Of a DNA stretch of 64,000 nt, positions 40,850-50,091 are shown in pieces. Both the position numbers and the translations under genes were made by a program. Every line of letters starts with the position of its first letter. Positions within the stretch are counted from its first letter, which is position 1. Below the pieces are notes generated by a model. That model saw only the letters and a list, made by a program, of their open reading frames with translations. It was not told the DNA's origin and made no database searches. The stretch lies in the sequence record MT682709.1; one strand, given 5' to 3'. The stretch is from Escherichia phage vB_EcoM_SP1.

Positions 40850-41247
40850 TTTACTGGAGATTCACTGCCTTAGTGTGAGCTAAAATCGAGGAGCCGTCGA
40901 ACTGTCTGATTAATGATTTGCGAATCATTATAGTTTTAAGACCCCGGCAGTTTTACGGTGTACCTCTTGAATGTTATTCTTATAGCGGCAAGTGCATGCT
41001 ACCCCGAGGTGATGGCCAATCGGGAGTACGCCTCAAGGCCTATATATCCATCAGTATATATCTTATCCTCGAGAAATCGAACCCGGAACCTTTAAGCTAA
41101 CGGTGTGCAACAGATAAGAGCTATAAGGTATGATGACGGGTTTATGGTTATCCTGGTCGTTAAATATCCAAAAACCTATGTTCCCCTTGAGGGCTTGCGC
41201 AGGCAATGCCAATAAGTCCTGCATTTTCATTTAAAAGAGAATTTATA

Positions 41248-41424
41248 ATGGCAAAACAAGCTAAAGCAAAGAAAGCAGTTGAAAAGAAAGTTGGTGATTC
41301 TAAACGCGCTGGCTACAAGCGTGGGTCGAACTCTCGTATCAATCAAACTGTTGAGAAGATCATGCGCCGAGCACGTGCGGTTCTTCGAGATGATGCTTCT
41401 CGTTTTGGTAAGCAGAAAGCATAA
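41248..41424 (+). CDS. small highly basic protein, 58 aa
   Basis: ORF from ATG 41248, Lys/Arg-rich; followed by strong terminator. Confidence 0.5.
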   Translation: MAKQAKAKKAVEKKVGDSKRAGYKRGSNSRINQTVEKIMRRARAVLRDDASRFGKQKA

Positions 41425-41428
41425 GTTG

Positions 41429-41455
41429 AGGACTCCTTCGGGAGTCCTTTTTTAT
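41429..41455 (+). terminator. rho-independent terminator
   Basis: GGACTCC-TTCG-GGAGTCC hairpin plus TTTTTTATTTT. Confidence 0.65.
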
Positions 41456-41477
41456 TTTCCAAAGATTGCATAAAGTT

Positions 41478-41510
41478 GTTTACAGTATGGTTCCTTTGTG
41501 ATAGTATTAT
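41478..41510 (+). promoter_or_regulatory. early promoter
   Basis: GTTTACA at 41478, TAGTAT/TATTAT -10; TTTGTG/CACAAA inverted repeat around -10. Confidence 0.45.
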
Positions 41511-41534
41511 CTTACACAAACAAAGGAGAATAAA

Positions 41535-41867
41535 ATGAAAACGATTAATCTGAACGCTGCAGTTAAAACTAAATGCTTCAATGGTAAATATGATGAAACT
41601 ATGTGGTTCTTAATGGCAGTTGAAGGTGATATTATTGAAGTAGAAACAACAGAAGGTATGGGAACAGATTTCACCTTTACAATTCAAGTTCATAATTTCT
41701 TTACTGGTTGGATTTATGAATTGAATACAGTAATCGTTGGAAAAATTGAACAAAATGAATTAGGTGAATGGTATTATGTTACAGCTCGCCAACGTGCCGA
41801 ACGCTTAATTGAGAAGATGAAAAAAGTTGGTAAACTTGACATGCAGCATTGGAAAGTAGTAAAATAA
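41535..41867 (+). CDS. hypothetical protein, 110 aa
   Basis: ORF with RBS AAGGAGAAUAAA. Confidence 0.55.
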   Translation: MKTINLNAAVKTKCFNGKYDETMWFLMAVEGDIIEVETTEGMGTDFTFTIQVHNFFTGWIYELNTVIVGKIEQNELGEWYYVTARQRAERLIEKMKKVGKLDMQHWKVVK

Positions 41868-41869
41868 TT

Positions 41870-41909
41870 GTTTACTTTGGTACAGGACATGATATTATAT
41901 ACCTGTACC
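41870..41909 (+). promoter_or_regulatory. early promoter with 8-bp inverted repeat bracketing the -10
   Basis: GTTTAC at 41870, TATTAT at 41893; arms GGTACAGG 41879-41886 and CCTGTACC 41902-41909. Confidence 0.5.
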
Positions 41910-41934
41910 GCAATTAAACATCTTGGAGAATAAA

Positions 41935-42300
41935 ATGAACTACATTAACTTTGAACGTAAATATGTTTCTAATGGTATTGCAGGTTCTATTGATACCATC
42001 TGCCTTTGGAAACATCAAAATGGATCAGTATGCGAAATTGAACAGTATATGACTCCTAACTACGTTTATATGCGATTTGAAAACGGTATTACAGTTTCAA
42101 TCACGATGGAAGGTTCCAACTTTAAAATCGCTCTGGATGATGATTTTCGTCAACGCGATTTAGGGACTCACCCTTGCTGGAATGGTGCTAATCGCAAGCT
42201 TCTAGTTAAAACTTGGATTCGTCATATTCTGAGTAACAGAGCTAAACCTGAGCATCTTGAAGCAATCTTTGATGTAGTTCTTAACGAATTTGATATTTAA
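41935..42300 (+). CDS. hypothetical protein, 121 aa
   Basis: ORF from ATG 41935 with RBS GGAGAAUAAA. Confidence 0.55.
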   Translation: MNYINFERKYVSNGIAGSIDTICLWKHQNGSVCEIEQYMTPNYVYMRFENGITVSITMEGSNFKIALDDDFRQRDLGTHPCWNGANRKLLVKTWIRHILSNRAKPEHLEAIFDVVLNEFDI

Positions 42301-42309
42301 AATAAAATG

Positions 42310-42325
42310 AGGGGCTTCGGCCCCT
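42310..42325 (+). terminator. GGGGCTTCGGCCCC hairpin
   Basis: perfect 6-bp GC stem with TTCG loop; weak T-tract. Confidence 0.45.
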
Positions 42326-42341
42326 TACTGAGGAAAATACT

Positions 42342-42629
42342 ATGTTTATGACTACTTATTTTGATACCCGCAAAAATTTCTGTGAAGTGGTTTTCTCAAA
42401 GGCGCCTAAAGACCTTCCTGCTCATTTGCAGCCTACCAGTGAATCGATTAAAAACTACGTTGATGTGGTTTGTCCTTTAGAGTTTCGTACTGTAAATGGG
42501 CGCGATACTTTAGCTATCACTAAACTCAATCGCGAAATTGACATTGACCCTTCAATTGCGCATGAAATTAACATTTCTGATATTGGCGGCGGTAATGTTA
42601 AATCGCACGGTTTTCAGATGAGGTTCTAA
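42342..42629 (+). CDS. hypothetical protein, 95 aa
   Basis: ORF with RBS GAGGAAAAUACU. Confidence 0.5.
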   Translation: MFMTTYFDTRKNFCEVVFSKAPKDLPAHLQPTSESIKNYVDVVCPLEFRTVNGRDTLAITKLNREIDIDPSIAHEINISDIGGGNVKSHGFQMRF

Positions 42630-42826
42630 TGAAATTCTTTTTAGGTCAAACTGTTGAATTAAAGGGAGTTGGTATACCTGGATTAATTTCTAAGGTTTTA
42701 CCCGCATTTAAATTGGGAGATGTTCAAGTAAAAGAGGCCTATATTGTTTCCTGGGTAGATGGAAATGAAGACCTTCGTATGGGTGATGAATTATCTCCTA
42801 TTTACGGATTAAAGGAATTAGTATGA
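42629..42826 (+). CDS. hypothetical protein, 65 aa
   Basis: TAATG-coupled ORF. Confidence 0.45.
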   Translation: MKFFLGQTVELKGVGIPGLISKVLPAFKLGDVQVKEAYIVSWVDGNEDLRMGDELSPIYGLKELV

Positions 42827-43029
42827 ATATAATTAATAAGATTTTTGGAATTCAGTACATTAAGGTCACATATAAAGTAACAGATAAAAATCCGTATACT
42901 GATGAACACGAAGAACCGCAAGTTAAGTCTATTATATTAGAAAAAGGCAGTGACTGGCCAGTTGAATTTCGTCTACCAAACTATGGTCATTGGGCTGATA
43001 TTGAAATTATAAGCATTGAAAATGTCTGA
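42823..43029 (+). CDS. hypothetical protein, 68 aa
   Basis: ATGA-coupled ORF. Confidence 0.45.
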   Translation: MNIINKIFGIQYIKVTYKVTDKNPYTDEHEEPQVKSIILEKGSDWPVEFRLPNYGHWADIEIISIENV

Positions 43030-43480
43030 GTTAGAGATTAGAAGTAATTTTAGGTGGCCATCATGTGCATTAAGTAATTTCGCCCAATGGCCTTTCGTTA
43101 TGGATGGTATCCAATTTGGAGGTCTTGAAGGATTCCTCCAAGGGTGTAAGGTGAAAAATGTTGAACAACAACGTCGTATATTTGGGTTATCCGGGCTTGC
43201 CGCCCAACAAGCTGGAAGGTCTTATGCTAGAGCTCAGGACCATGGGACTCTCTTCTGGCTTGGAGTTCCGTTTTCAAGATACTCCCCGGCGTGGAAAGAA
43301 TTATACACAAATGCATATTTTGAAGCAGCGATCCAAAACAAGGGCTTTCGTGATGCATTACAAGCCTCGAAAGGAAAAGTTTTGAAGCACAGCATGGCTA
43401 GTGGTCTAACAAAAGATGATACAATACTAACCGAATCTGAATTTATTGATGTGTTAAACCTATTAAGAGACTCTCTATGA
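43016..43480 (+). CDS. NADAR/YbiA-family (DUF1768-like) protein, putative N-glycosidase or ADP-ribosyl processing enzyme
   Basis: 154 aa; motif LSNFAQWPFVMDGIQF resembles the FSNFAAWPIKVDG block of E. coli YbiA as recalled. Confidence 0.55.
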   Translation: MKMSELEIRSNFRWPSCALSNFAQWPFVMDGIQFGGLEGFLQGCKVKNVEQQRRIFGLSGLAAQQAGRSYARAQDHGTLFWLGVPFSRYSPAWKELYTNAYFEAAIQNKGFRDALQASKGKVLKHSMASGLTKDDTILTESEFIDVLNLLRDSL

Positions 43481-44325
43481 AGCCTACTATTTTAACTGAT
43501 ATTGATGGAGTATGTTTAAGCTGGCAATCAGGCCTTCCTTATTTTGCTCAGAAATATAATCTTCCGTTAGAACATATTTTAAAAATGATCCAGGATGAGA
43601 AATTTATTTCTCCAGGTAAACTCTTTAATTGTGATGAAGAACTTGGTGTCAAGTTAATTGAAAAATACAATCGTTCAGATTTTATTCGTTACTTGTCTCC
43701 ATATAAAGATGCTCTGTGTGTAATTAACAAATTAAAAGAAGATTATAATTTTGTAGCTGTTACAGCATTGGGTGATTCTATTGACGCGCTGCTGAATCGT
43801 CAATTTAATTTGAATGCTCTTTTTCCTGGTGCCTTCTCAGAAGTAATGATGTGTGGTCATGATTCTTCAAAAGAAGAGTTGTTCAAAAAGGCAAAAGAGA
43901 AATATAACGTAATTTGTTATATTGACGATCTCGCTCACCACTGCGATCACGCGAGTGAAATATTAAATGTTCCTGTTTATTGGATGGCTCGAGGGGAGCG
44001 TGACAGTATTCCAAAAACTGCACAGCGAGTTTATACATGGAATGATGTAGAGAATAAGCTTTTTCCATCGAAGGAAAATAAAGAAAGTTTTGATAGTGAA
44101 AAAGTTATAAAAGATGTAATTGAGAAGATGATCAAAAACGATTCTTTTCCTTGGAACACTACCTGGAGAACTCCTGGATTTAATCCTTATAATCATCTAT
44201 ATCATCCATATCATCCATATCAGACACATCCGTTTCAGACATGGAACTATATTAAACCTGGTGGCATAGAGTATTTGTATAATAGACCTACTAGTGGTGA
44301 TAATATTTTCCAAGGAGCATTCTAA
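43477..44325 (+). CDS. HAD-superfamily hydrolase-like protein with C-terminal HPY repeats
   Basis: 282 aa; N-terminal DIDGV (HAD motif I) and YIDD motif; C-terminal HPYHPYQTHPFQ. Confidence 0.55.
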   Translation: MKPTILTDIDGVCLSWQSGLPYFAQKYNLPLEHILKMIQDEKFISPGKLFNCDEELGVKLIEKYNRSDFIRYLSPYKDALCVINKLKEDYNFVAVTALGDSIDALLNRQFNLNALFPGAFSEVMMCGHDSSKEELFKKAKEKYNVICYIDDLAHHCDHASEILNVPVYWMARGERDSIPKTAQRVYTWNDVENKLFPSKENKESFDSEKVIKDVIEKMIKNDSFPWNTTWRTPGFNPYNHLYHPYHPYQTHPFQTWNYIKPGGIEYLYNRPTSGDNIFQGAF

Positions 44326-44594
44326 TGTTTGTTGTTCATACTATTTATGAAAATGAAGGTAATACTACACGTGATTACGGTCACGTAAATCAATTTTTTA
44401 GATGCAATCCAGAATTCCGAGCTCAAAAAGACGAACGAATTTTTAAAAAATGTGTAGAGCAAGGTTTCATTTACGTCAAGCACTGGATGCAAGGAAATAA
44501 AGTTAGAACCACATATCATAGGTCTTTGACTGAGCTTAATGATGAATTGATTTATAATAGAACTGTAAATCAAACTCTGAAGGATGAACAATGA
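44325..44594 (+). CDS. hypothetical protein, 89 aa
   Basis: ORF coupled to upstream stop. Confidence 0.5.
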   Translation: MFVVHTIYENEGNTTRDYGHVNQFFRCNPEFRAQKDERIFKKCVEQGFIYVKHWMQGNKVRTTYHRSLTELNDELIYNRTVNQTLKDEQ

Positions 44595-46054
44595 TTCTTA
44601 AAATTCTGAATGAAATAGCATCTATTGGTTCAACTAAACAAAAACAAGCAATTCTTGAAAAGAATAAAGATAATGAATTGCTTAAACGGGTATATCGTCT
44701 GACTTATTCTCGTGGGTTACAGTATTATATCAAGAAATGGCCTAAACCTGGTATTGCTACTCAGAGTTTTGGAATGTTGACTCTTACCGATATGCTTGAC
44801 TTCATTGAATTCACGTTAGCTACTCGGAAATTGACTGGAAATGCGGCAATTGAGGAATTAGTAGGTTATATTACTGACGGTAAAAAAGATGATGTTGAAG
44901 TCTTACGTCGAGTAATGATGAGAGACCTTGAATGCGGTGCTTCGGTATCTATTGCAAACAAAGTTTGGCCAGGTTTAATTCCTGAACAACCTCAAATGCT
45001 TGCAAGTTCTTATGATGAAAAAGGCATTAATAAGAATATCAAATTTCCAGCCTTTGCCCAGTTAAAAGCTGATGGAGCTCGGTGTTTTGCTGAAGTTAGA
45101 GGTGATGAATTAGATGACGTTCGTCTTTTATCACGAGCTGGTAATGAATATCTAGGATTAGATCTTCTTAAGGAAGAATTAATCAAAATGACCGCTGAAG
45201 CCCGCCAGATTCATCCAGAAGGCGTGTTAATTGATGGCGAATTGGTATACCATGAGCAAGTTAAAAAGGAGCCAGAAGGCCTAGATTTTCTTTTTGATGC
45301 TCATCCTGAAAACAGTAAAGTTAAAGATTTCGCAGAAGTAGCTGAATCACGTACTGCTTCTAATGGCATCGCCAATAAATCTTTAAAGGGAACAATTTCT
45401 GAAAAAGAAGCACAATGCATGAAGTTTCAGGTCTGGGATTATGTACCGTTGGTAGAAATATACGGTCTTCCAGCATTTCGTTTGAAATATGATGTACGTT
45501 TTTCTAAACTAGAACAAATGACATCAGGCTATGATAAAGTAATTTTAATTGAAAACCAAGTAGTAAATAACCTAGATGAAGCTAAGGTAATTTATAAAAA
45601 GTATATTGACCAAGGTCTTGAAGGTATTATTCTCAAAAATATCGATGGATTATGGGAAAATGCTCGTTCAAAAAATCTCTATAAATTTAAAGAAGTAATT
45701 GATGTTGATTTAAAAATTGTAGGAATTTATCCTCACCGTAAAGACCCTACTAAAGCAGGTGGATTTATTCTTGAGTCAGAGTGTGGAAAAATTAAGGTAA
45801 ATGCTGGTTCAGGCTTAAAAGATAAAGCCGGCGTAAAATCACATGAACTTGACCGTACTCGCATTATGGAAAACCAAAATTATTATATTGGAAAAATTCT
45901 AGAGTGCGAATGCAACGGTTGGTTAAAATCTGATGGCCGCACTGATTACGTTAAATTATTTCTTCCGATTGCGATTCGTTTACGTGAAGATAAAACTAAA
46001 GCTAATACATTCGAGGATGTATTTGGTGATTTTCATGAGGTAACTGGTCTATGA
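44591..46054 (+). CDS. 30: ATP-dependent DNA ligase gp30
   Basis: 487 aa as T4 ligase; adenylation motif KADGAR. Confidence 0.95.
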   Translation: MILKILNEIASIGSTKQKQAILEKNKDNELLKRVYRLTYSRGLQYYIKKWPKPGIATQSFGMLTLTDMLDFIEFTLATRKLTGNAAIEELVGYITDGKKDDVEVLRRVMMRDLECGASVSIANKVWPGLIPEQPQMLASSYDEKGINKNIKFPAFAQLKADGARCFAEVRGDELDDVRLLSRAGNEYLGLDLLKEELIKMTAEARQIHPEGVLIDGELVYHEQVKKEPEGLDFLFDAHPENSKVKDFAEVAESRTASNGIANKSLKGTISEKEAQCMKFQVWDYVPLVEIYGLPAFRLKYDVRFSKLEQMTSGYDKVILIENQVVNNLDEAKVIYKKYIDQGLEGIILKNIDGLWENARSKNLYKFKEVIDVDLKIVGIYPHRKDPTKAGGFILESECGKIKVNAGSGLKDKAGVKSHELDRTRIMENQNYYIGKILECECNGWLKSDGRTDYVKLFLPIAIRLREDKTKANTFEDVFGDFHEVTGL

Positions 46055-46239
46055 AAGCTTACTTAGAAACAATTGTCATTGCTCAAAAAGAAGGTGGAGA
46101 TGTTTCTACTTCTGTATCACAAGTCATTCTCGAATTTGTAGATGCATACGCTTATAATAAATTTACAGAAACATTTGATGCCTATGAAAAAGGACCAAAG
46201 TTTGAAATATATCGTACTCTCTTACCACTAGATTACTAA
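46051..46239 (+). CDS. hypothetical protein, 62 aa
   Basis: ATGA-coupled to ligase; followed by hairpin GGCCTTCGGGCC. Confidence 0.5.
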   Translation: MKAYLETIVIAQKEGGDVSTSVSQVILEFVDAYAYNKFTETFDAYEKGPKFEIYRTLLPLDY

Positions 46240-46260
46240 AGGCCTTCGGGCCTTTAATTT

Positions 46261-46268
46261 TATAAATA
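46261..46268 (+). promoter_or_regulatory. late promoter TATAAATA upstream of alt
   Basis: exact octamer 21 nt upstream of alt start. Confidence 0.5.
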
Positions 46269-46288
46269 GAATAAACACTAGAGAGGAT

Positions 46289-48385
46289 ATGATGGAACTA
46301 ATTACAGAATTATTTGACGAAGATACTACTCTTCCGATTACAAACTTAAATCCAAAGAAGAAAATACCACAAATTTTTTCAGTTCATGTTGATGACGCAA
46401 TTGAACAACCAGGTTTTCGTTTATGTACCTATACATCTGGAGGTGATACTAATCGCGATTTAAAGATGGGCGATAAAATGATGCATATTGTTCCTTTTAC
46501 ATTAACCGCTAAAGGTTCAATTGCTAAATTGAAAGGTCTTGGTCCAAGCCCAATTAATTATATCAATTCGGTTTTTACTGTTGCAATGCAAACAATGCGT
46601 CAGTATAAAATTGATGCCTGTATGCTCCGTATTCTTAAGTCTAAAACTGCTGGTCAAGCTCGACAAATTCAAGTTATTGCTGATAGACTTATCCGTAGTC
46701 GTTCAGGTGGCAGATACGTCCTTCTTAAGGAACTCTGGGATTATGATAAAAAGTATGCATATATTCTTATACATCGCAAAAATGTATCACTAGAAGACAT
46801 TCCAGGGGTTCCGGAAATTAGTACCGAGCTCTTTACTAAAGTTGAATCGAAGGTCGGTGATGTTTATATCAATAAAGATACTGGAGCTCAAGTAACTAAA
46901 AATGAGGCAATTGCAGCATCTATTGCACAAGAAAATGATAAACGTTCTGACCAAGCTGTAATCGTTAAAGTTAAAATTTCCCGTAGAGCAATTGCACAAA
47001 GTCAATCATTAGAGTCTTCTAGATTTGAAAGTGAATTATTCCAGAAGTATGAATCTACAGCAGCTAATTTTAATAAACCAGCTACTGCACCTTTAATTCC
47101 CGAAGCAGAAGAAATGAAAATTGGAATTAATTCATTAGCTTCTAAAACTAAGGCAGCAAAAATCATTGCCGAAGGAACTGCAGATGAACTTCATTATGAC
47201 TATAAATTCTTTTCAAAAAGTGAGGTTAATGAAGTTTCTGAAAAAATTAAAGATGTAATTCTTAATGCGATTAAAAATGAACCGACTACTTCAATAAAAT
47301 GTTTAGAGAAATACGCAGCAGCTGTTAATCAATTATTTGAAGAATATAAAGATACTTGGCTTGATAAACATAATAAAACCCGTAAAGGACAGCCAGATGA
47401 AGTCTGGGAAGAAATAACTAAAAATTCCTGGAACGCGACAAAAACTAAATTCCTCAAAAGAATGATTTATAGTTTCTCTGGAATTGGTGCAGGTCCAATG
47501 ATTGATATTACTATTGCCCGTGATGGTTCTAAATATACTCCATCACAAAAGCGTGGCATTAGAGAGTATTGCGGTTCAGGATATACTGACATCAATAATC
47601 TTCTTTTGGGTCGTTATGATCCAGAACGTTATGAAGTAATGAGTGAAAAAGAAATTGAAGCTGCTATAACTAATTTAGATTCTGCTTTTGAAAATGGTGA
47701 TCGTATACCAGAAGGCATTACAGTTTATCGTGCTCAAAGTATGACTGCTCCTATATACGAAGCACTAGTTAAAAATAAAGTATTCTATTTCAGAAATTTT
47801 GTATCTACTTCTTTAACTCCTATCATTTTTGGACGTTTTGGAATTACACATGCTGGTATTGGTCTTTTAGAACCAGAATCTCGCAATGAATTAACAGTTG
47901 ATAAAAATGAAGAAGGAATAACTATTAATCCAAACGAAATAAGAGCGTATAAAGAAAATCCTGAATACGTTAAAGTTCAAATAGGATGGGCAATTGATGG
48001 AGCTCATAAAGTTAATGTTGTATATCCAGGAAGTCTCGGAATAGCAACAGAAGCTGAAGTTATTCTACCGCGTGGATTGATGGTCAAAGTTAATAAAATA
48101 ACTGATGCTTCTAATAATGACGGAACAACATCTAATAATACAAAACTCATTCAAGCTGAAGTTATGACTACGGAAGAGCTCACCGAATCGGTAATCTATG
48201 ATGGAGACCATTTAATGGAAACTGGTGAATTGGTTGCAATGACAGGTGATATTGAAATAGAAGACAGAGTTGACTTTGCATCATTTGTTTCATCAAACGT
48301 TAAACAGAAAGTAGAATCATCTCTTGGAATTATTGCGTCTTGCATAGATATTACAAACATGCCTTACAAGTTCGTTCAAGGATAA
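46289..48385 (+). CDS. alt: ADP-ribosyltransferase Alt (head-packaged)
   Basis: 698 aa; N-terminus MELITELFD with I-x-E prohead-protease site; position after gene 30. Confidence 0.85.
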   Translation: MMELITELFDEDTTLPITNLNPKKKIPQIFSVHVDDAIEQPGFRLCTYTSGGDTNRDLKMGDKMMHIVPFTLTAKGSIAKLKGLGPSPINYINSVFTVAMQTMRQYKIDACMLRILKSKTAGQARQIQVIADRLIRSRSGGRYVLLKELWDYDKKYAYILIHRKNVSLEDIPGVPEISTELFTKVESKVGDVYINKDTGAQVTKNEAIAASIAQENDKRSDQAVIVKVKISRRAIAQSQSLESSRFESELFQKYESTAANFNKPATAPLIPEAEEMKIGINSLASKTKAAKIIAEGTADELHYDYKFFSKSEVNEVSEKIKDVILNAIKNEPTTSIKCLEKYAAAVNQLFEEYKDTWLDKHNKTRKGQPDEVWEEITKNSWNATKTKFLKRMIYSFSGIGAGPMIDITIARDGSKYTPSQKRGIREYCGSGYTDINNLLLGRYDPERYEVMSEKEIEAAITNLDSAFENGDRIPEGITVYRAQSMTAPIYEALVKNKVFYFRNFVSTSLTPIIFGRFGITHAGIGLLEPESRNELTVDKNEEGITINPNEIRAYKENPEYVKVQIGWAIDGAHKVNVVYPGSLGIATEAEVILPRGLMVKVNKITDASNNDGTTSNNTKLIQAEVMTTEELTESVIYDGDHLMETGELVAMTGDIEIEDRVDFASFVSSNVKQKVESSLGIIASCIDITNMPYKFVQG

Positions 48386-48388
48386 ATC

Positions 48389-48774
48389 ATGGAACTTATT
48401 GCAGAATTATTTGACGGCGCTTCGGCGCCGGTTGTTAACTTAAATCCTAAGCATAAAATACCTCAAATTTTTGCTATTCAAGCCGGTGAAGAAAGCGTAC
48501 TTCCTGGATTTAGATTTTGTACATACACCTCTGACGGTGATACAAATAAAACGTTAAACCAGGCGATAAAATGATGCATATCGTAATGATAGGTGTTAAT
48601 GAGAAACTATCATTAGTTAAGCTTAAAAACTTGAGTGGAAATCAAATTGGTGTCATTAATGCTGTTTTTGATACTGCTCTTCAAACAATGAAACAGTATA
48701 AAATCGACGCATGCCTATTCCGCGTACTAAAAAGTTCAAAATGTAGTTTACAAGTCCCTCGTGTTGTGTTATAG
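48389..48774 (+). pseudogene. frameshifted, truncated paralog of the alt N-terminal region (two ORFs of 61 and 67 aa)
   Basis: MELIAELFD..CTYTSDGDTN and MMHIV..QTMKQYKIDACLFRVLK align with Alt residues ~1-125; a 1-nt indel before AAAATGATGCAT separates the two frames. Confidence 0.55.
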
Positions 48775-48799
48775 TAGTCTTACTGACATAACATGAGGA
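48746..48799 (+). promoter_or_regulatory. early promoter cassette, copy 2 of the perfect 54-bp repeat
   Basis: identical to 34461-34514; GTTTACA -35 and TATAGT -10. Confidence 0.5.
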
Positions 48800-48806
48800 A
48801 CACAAA

Positions 48807-49097
48807 ATGAAATCTTCTTTACGCTTTTTAGGTCAAGAACTTGTAGTTGAAGGCGTTATTCCTGCTGATAATGCTTTTAACGAAGCGGTTTACGATGAAT
48901 TTATTAAAATTTTTGGAACAGATAAAAAGTTCGGAATTTTTCCTTCTGAAAATTTTTCAAAGCCAGAACAGACTGAAAGTATTTTTCAGGGTGTAGTAAC
49001 AGGTAAATTTGAGTCAGAAGCTCCGGTAAAAATTGAAGTTTATATTGAAGACAGTTTAGTTGCTTCAGTTGCTGCTTTTATTTCATTCCGTAAATAA
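48807..49097 (+). CDS. hypothetical protein, 96 aa
   Basis: ORF downstream of promoter cassette with RBS GAGGAACACAAA. Confidence 0.55.
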   Translation: MKSSLRFLGQELVVEGVIPADNAFNEAVYDEFIKIFGTDKKFGIFPSENFSKPEQTESIFQGVVTGKFESEAPVKIEVYIEDSLVASVAAFISFRK

Positions 49098-49102
49098 AAA
49101 TA

Positions 49103-49122
49103 TGGGGACCTTTCGGTCCCCA
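49103..49122. terminator. bidirectional terminator hairpin between convergent genes
   Basis: GGGGACC-TTTC-GGTCCCC with A/T tracts on both sides. Confidence 0.6.
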
Positions 49123-49125
49123 TTG

Positions 49126-50091
49126 TTATATTGCTCCTAATATTTTACTTTGCGAATTGACAATTCCTGTCATAGTATTAATATTTGAAATGCTTCCTGC
49201 AGTTCCCCCTAATCTACTAAGTCGTGAAAGCGAATTAGATAGTCCAGTAACACCTCCACTATTTCCGAGAACGCTTTGAATACCATTTATAGTAGCAGAT
49301 TCAAGCCATTCAAGGGCAGCTTGTCTATCAACTGCTCCAGCCTGCATGACTCTATAAGCGAAAGTAACATCAAATGTAGTTATTTGGTTATCTCCATCAT
49401 ACGATAACTCAGGAGCACTCACAGATGTTGGAATGCAGCCAGTGAACATCACCGCAGTATGTGGTAATCCATTGCGAGAATGAAGATTAACCTGAATATC
49501 TGCCTCGACATCTTGCGGTAAAGCACGCAATCCAGTTACTGGGTCTTGAACAGCGTTAACCCAGTCTTGCATTGCACGATAGTTACAAGCTTCTGAATCC
49601 ATTCTGAATGAAATAACCAAAGGGTCTAATTCTCTTCCAGTTATACGAATATTAGGAGAGTTATAGTTCCAGTCAGTTTCATAAGATAATCTATTTTCTG
49701 GCATTTTTACAGAGTATATCATCAATCCAGATGAGTTATATGCCATGTTAAAGAAGTCAATTAAATATGTACCAACTGTAAATGAGCCCAATAAACTTTG
49801 AACTGTACGTTGACTCATGGCGCCAATAAGATATTTACTAACCCCTGATTTTCTTATCAGTTTTTGTGTGCCAGCAGTAATTAGCGTGGTAATTCCCTGA
49901 TTAATATCGCCTTGAGTCAATCCTAACCAATCTGAATTTAGACCCAAGTTATTATAAGAAAAGTTGCTAATTGAACTTATCAACGAAGAGCTTTTAGTTG
50001 ATGGAGTTGTCGCAAAAACGCAGCTAAACATATTATTACGCTGGAAATCTGCGTTTATTGCTTGATTATTAAATTCCTCTAAAGAATACAT
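49126..50091 (-). CDS. 54: baseplate tail-tube initiator gp54
   Basis: 321 aa; synteny 54-48-29. Confidence 0.85.
   Translation of the reverse strand: MYSLEEFNNQAINADFQRNNMFSCVFATTPSTKSSSLISSISNFSYNNLGLNSDWLGLTQGDINQGITTLITAGTQKLIRKSGVSKYLIGAMSQRTVQSLLGSFTVGTYLIDFFNMAYNSSGLMIYSVKMPENRLSYETDWNYNSPNIRITGRELDPLVISFRMDSEACNYRAMQDWVNAVQDPVTGLRALPQDVEADIQVNLHSRNGLPHTAVMFTGCIPTSVSAPELSYDGDNQITTFDVTFAYRVMQAGAVDRQAALEWLESATINGIQSVLGNSGGVTGLSNSLSRLSRLGGTAGSISNINTMTGIVNSQSKILGAI

Noticed and set aside
41060-41085. tRNA-like T-arm motif (TCGAACCCGGAACC) in the island
   Set aside because: Flanking sequence does not form an acceptor or T stem; no cloverleaf can be drawn, so not a tRNA.
40918-41100. 60-aa ORF inside the GC-rich island after rIII
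   Set aside because: Implausible composition (MRIIIVLRPRQFYGV...), no RBS, and it lies in a region where all frames are otherwise closed; more likely non-coding.
43158-43385. 75-aa ORF in an alternative frame of the NADAR-like gene (possible 30.3'-like overprinted gene)
   Set aside because: Cannot be supported from sequence alone; no distinct RBS; left unannotated pending comparative or ribosome-profiling evidence.
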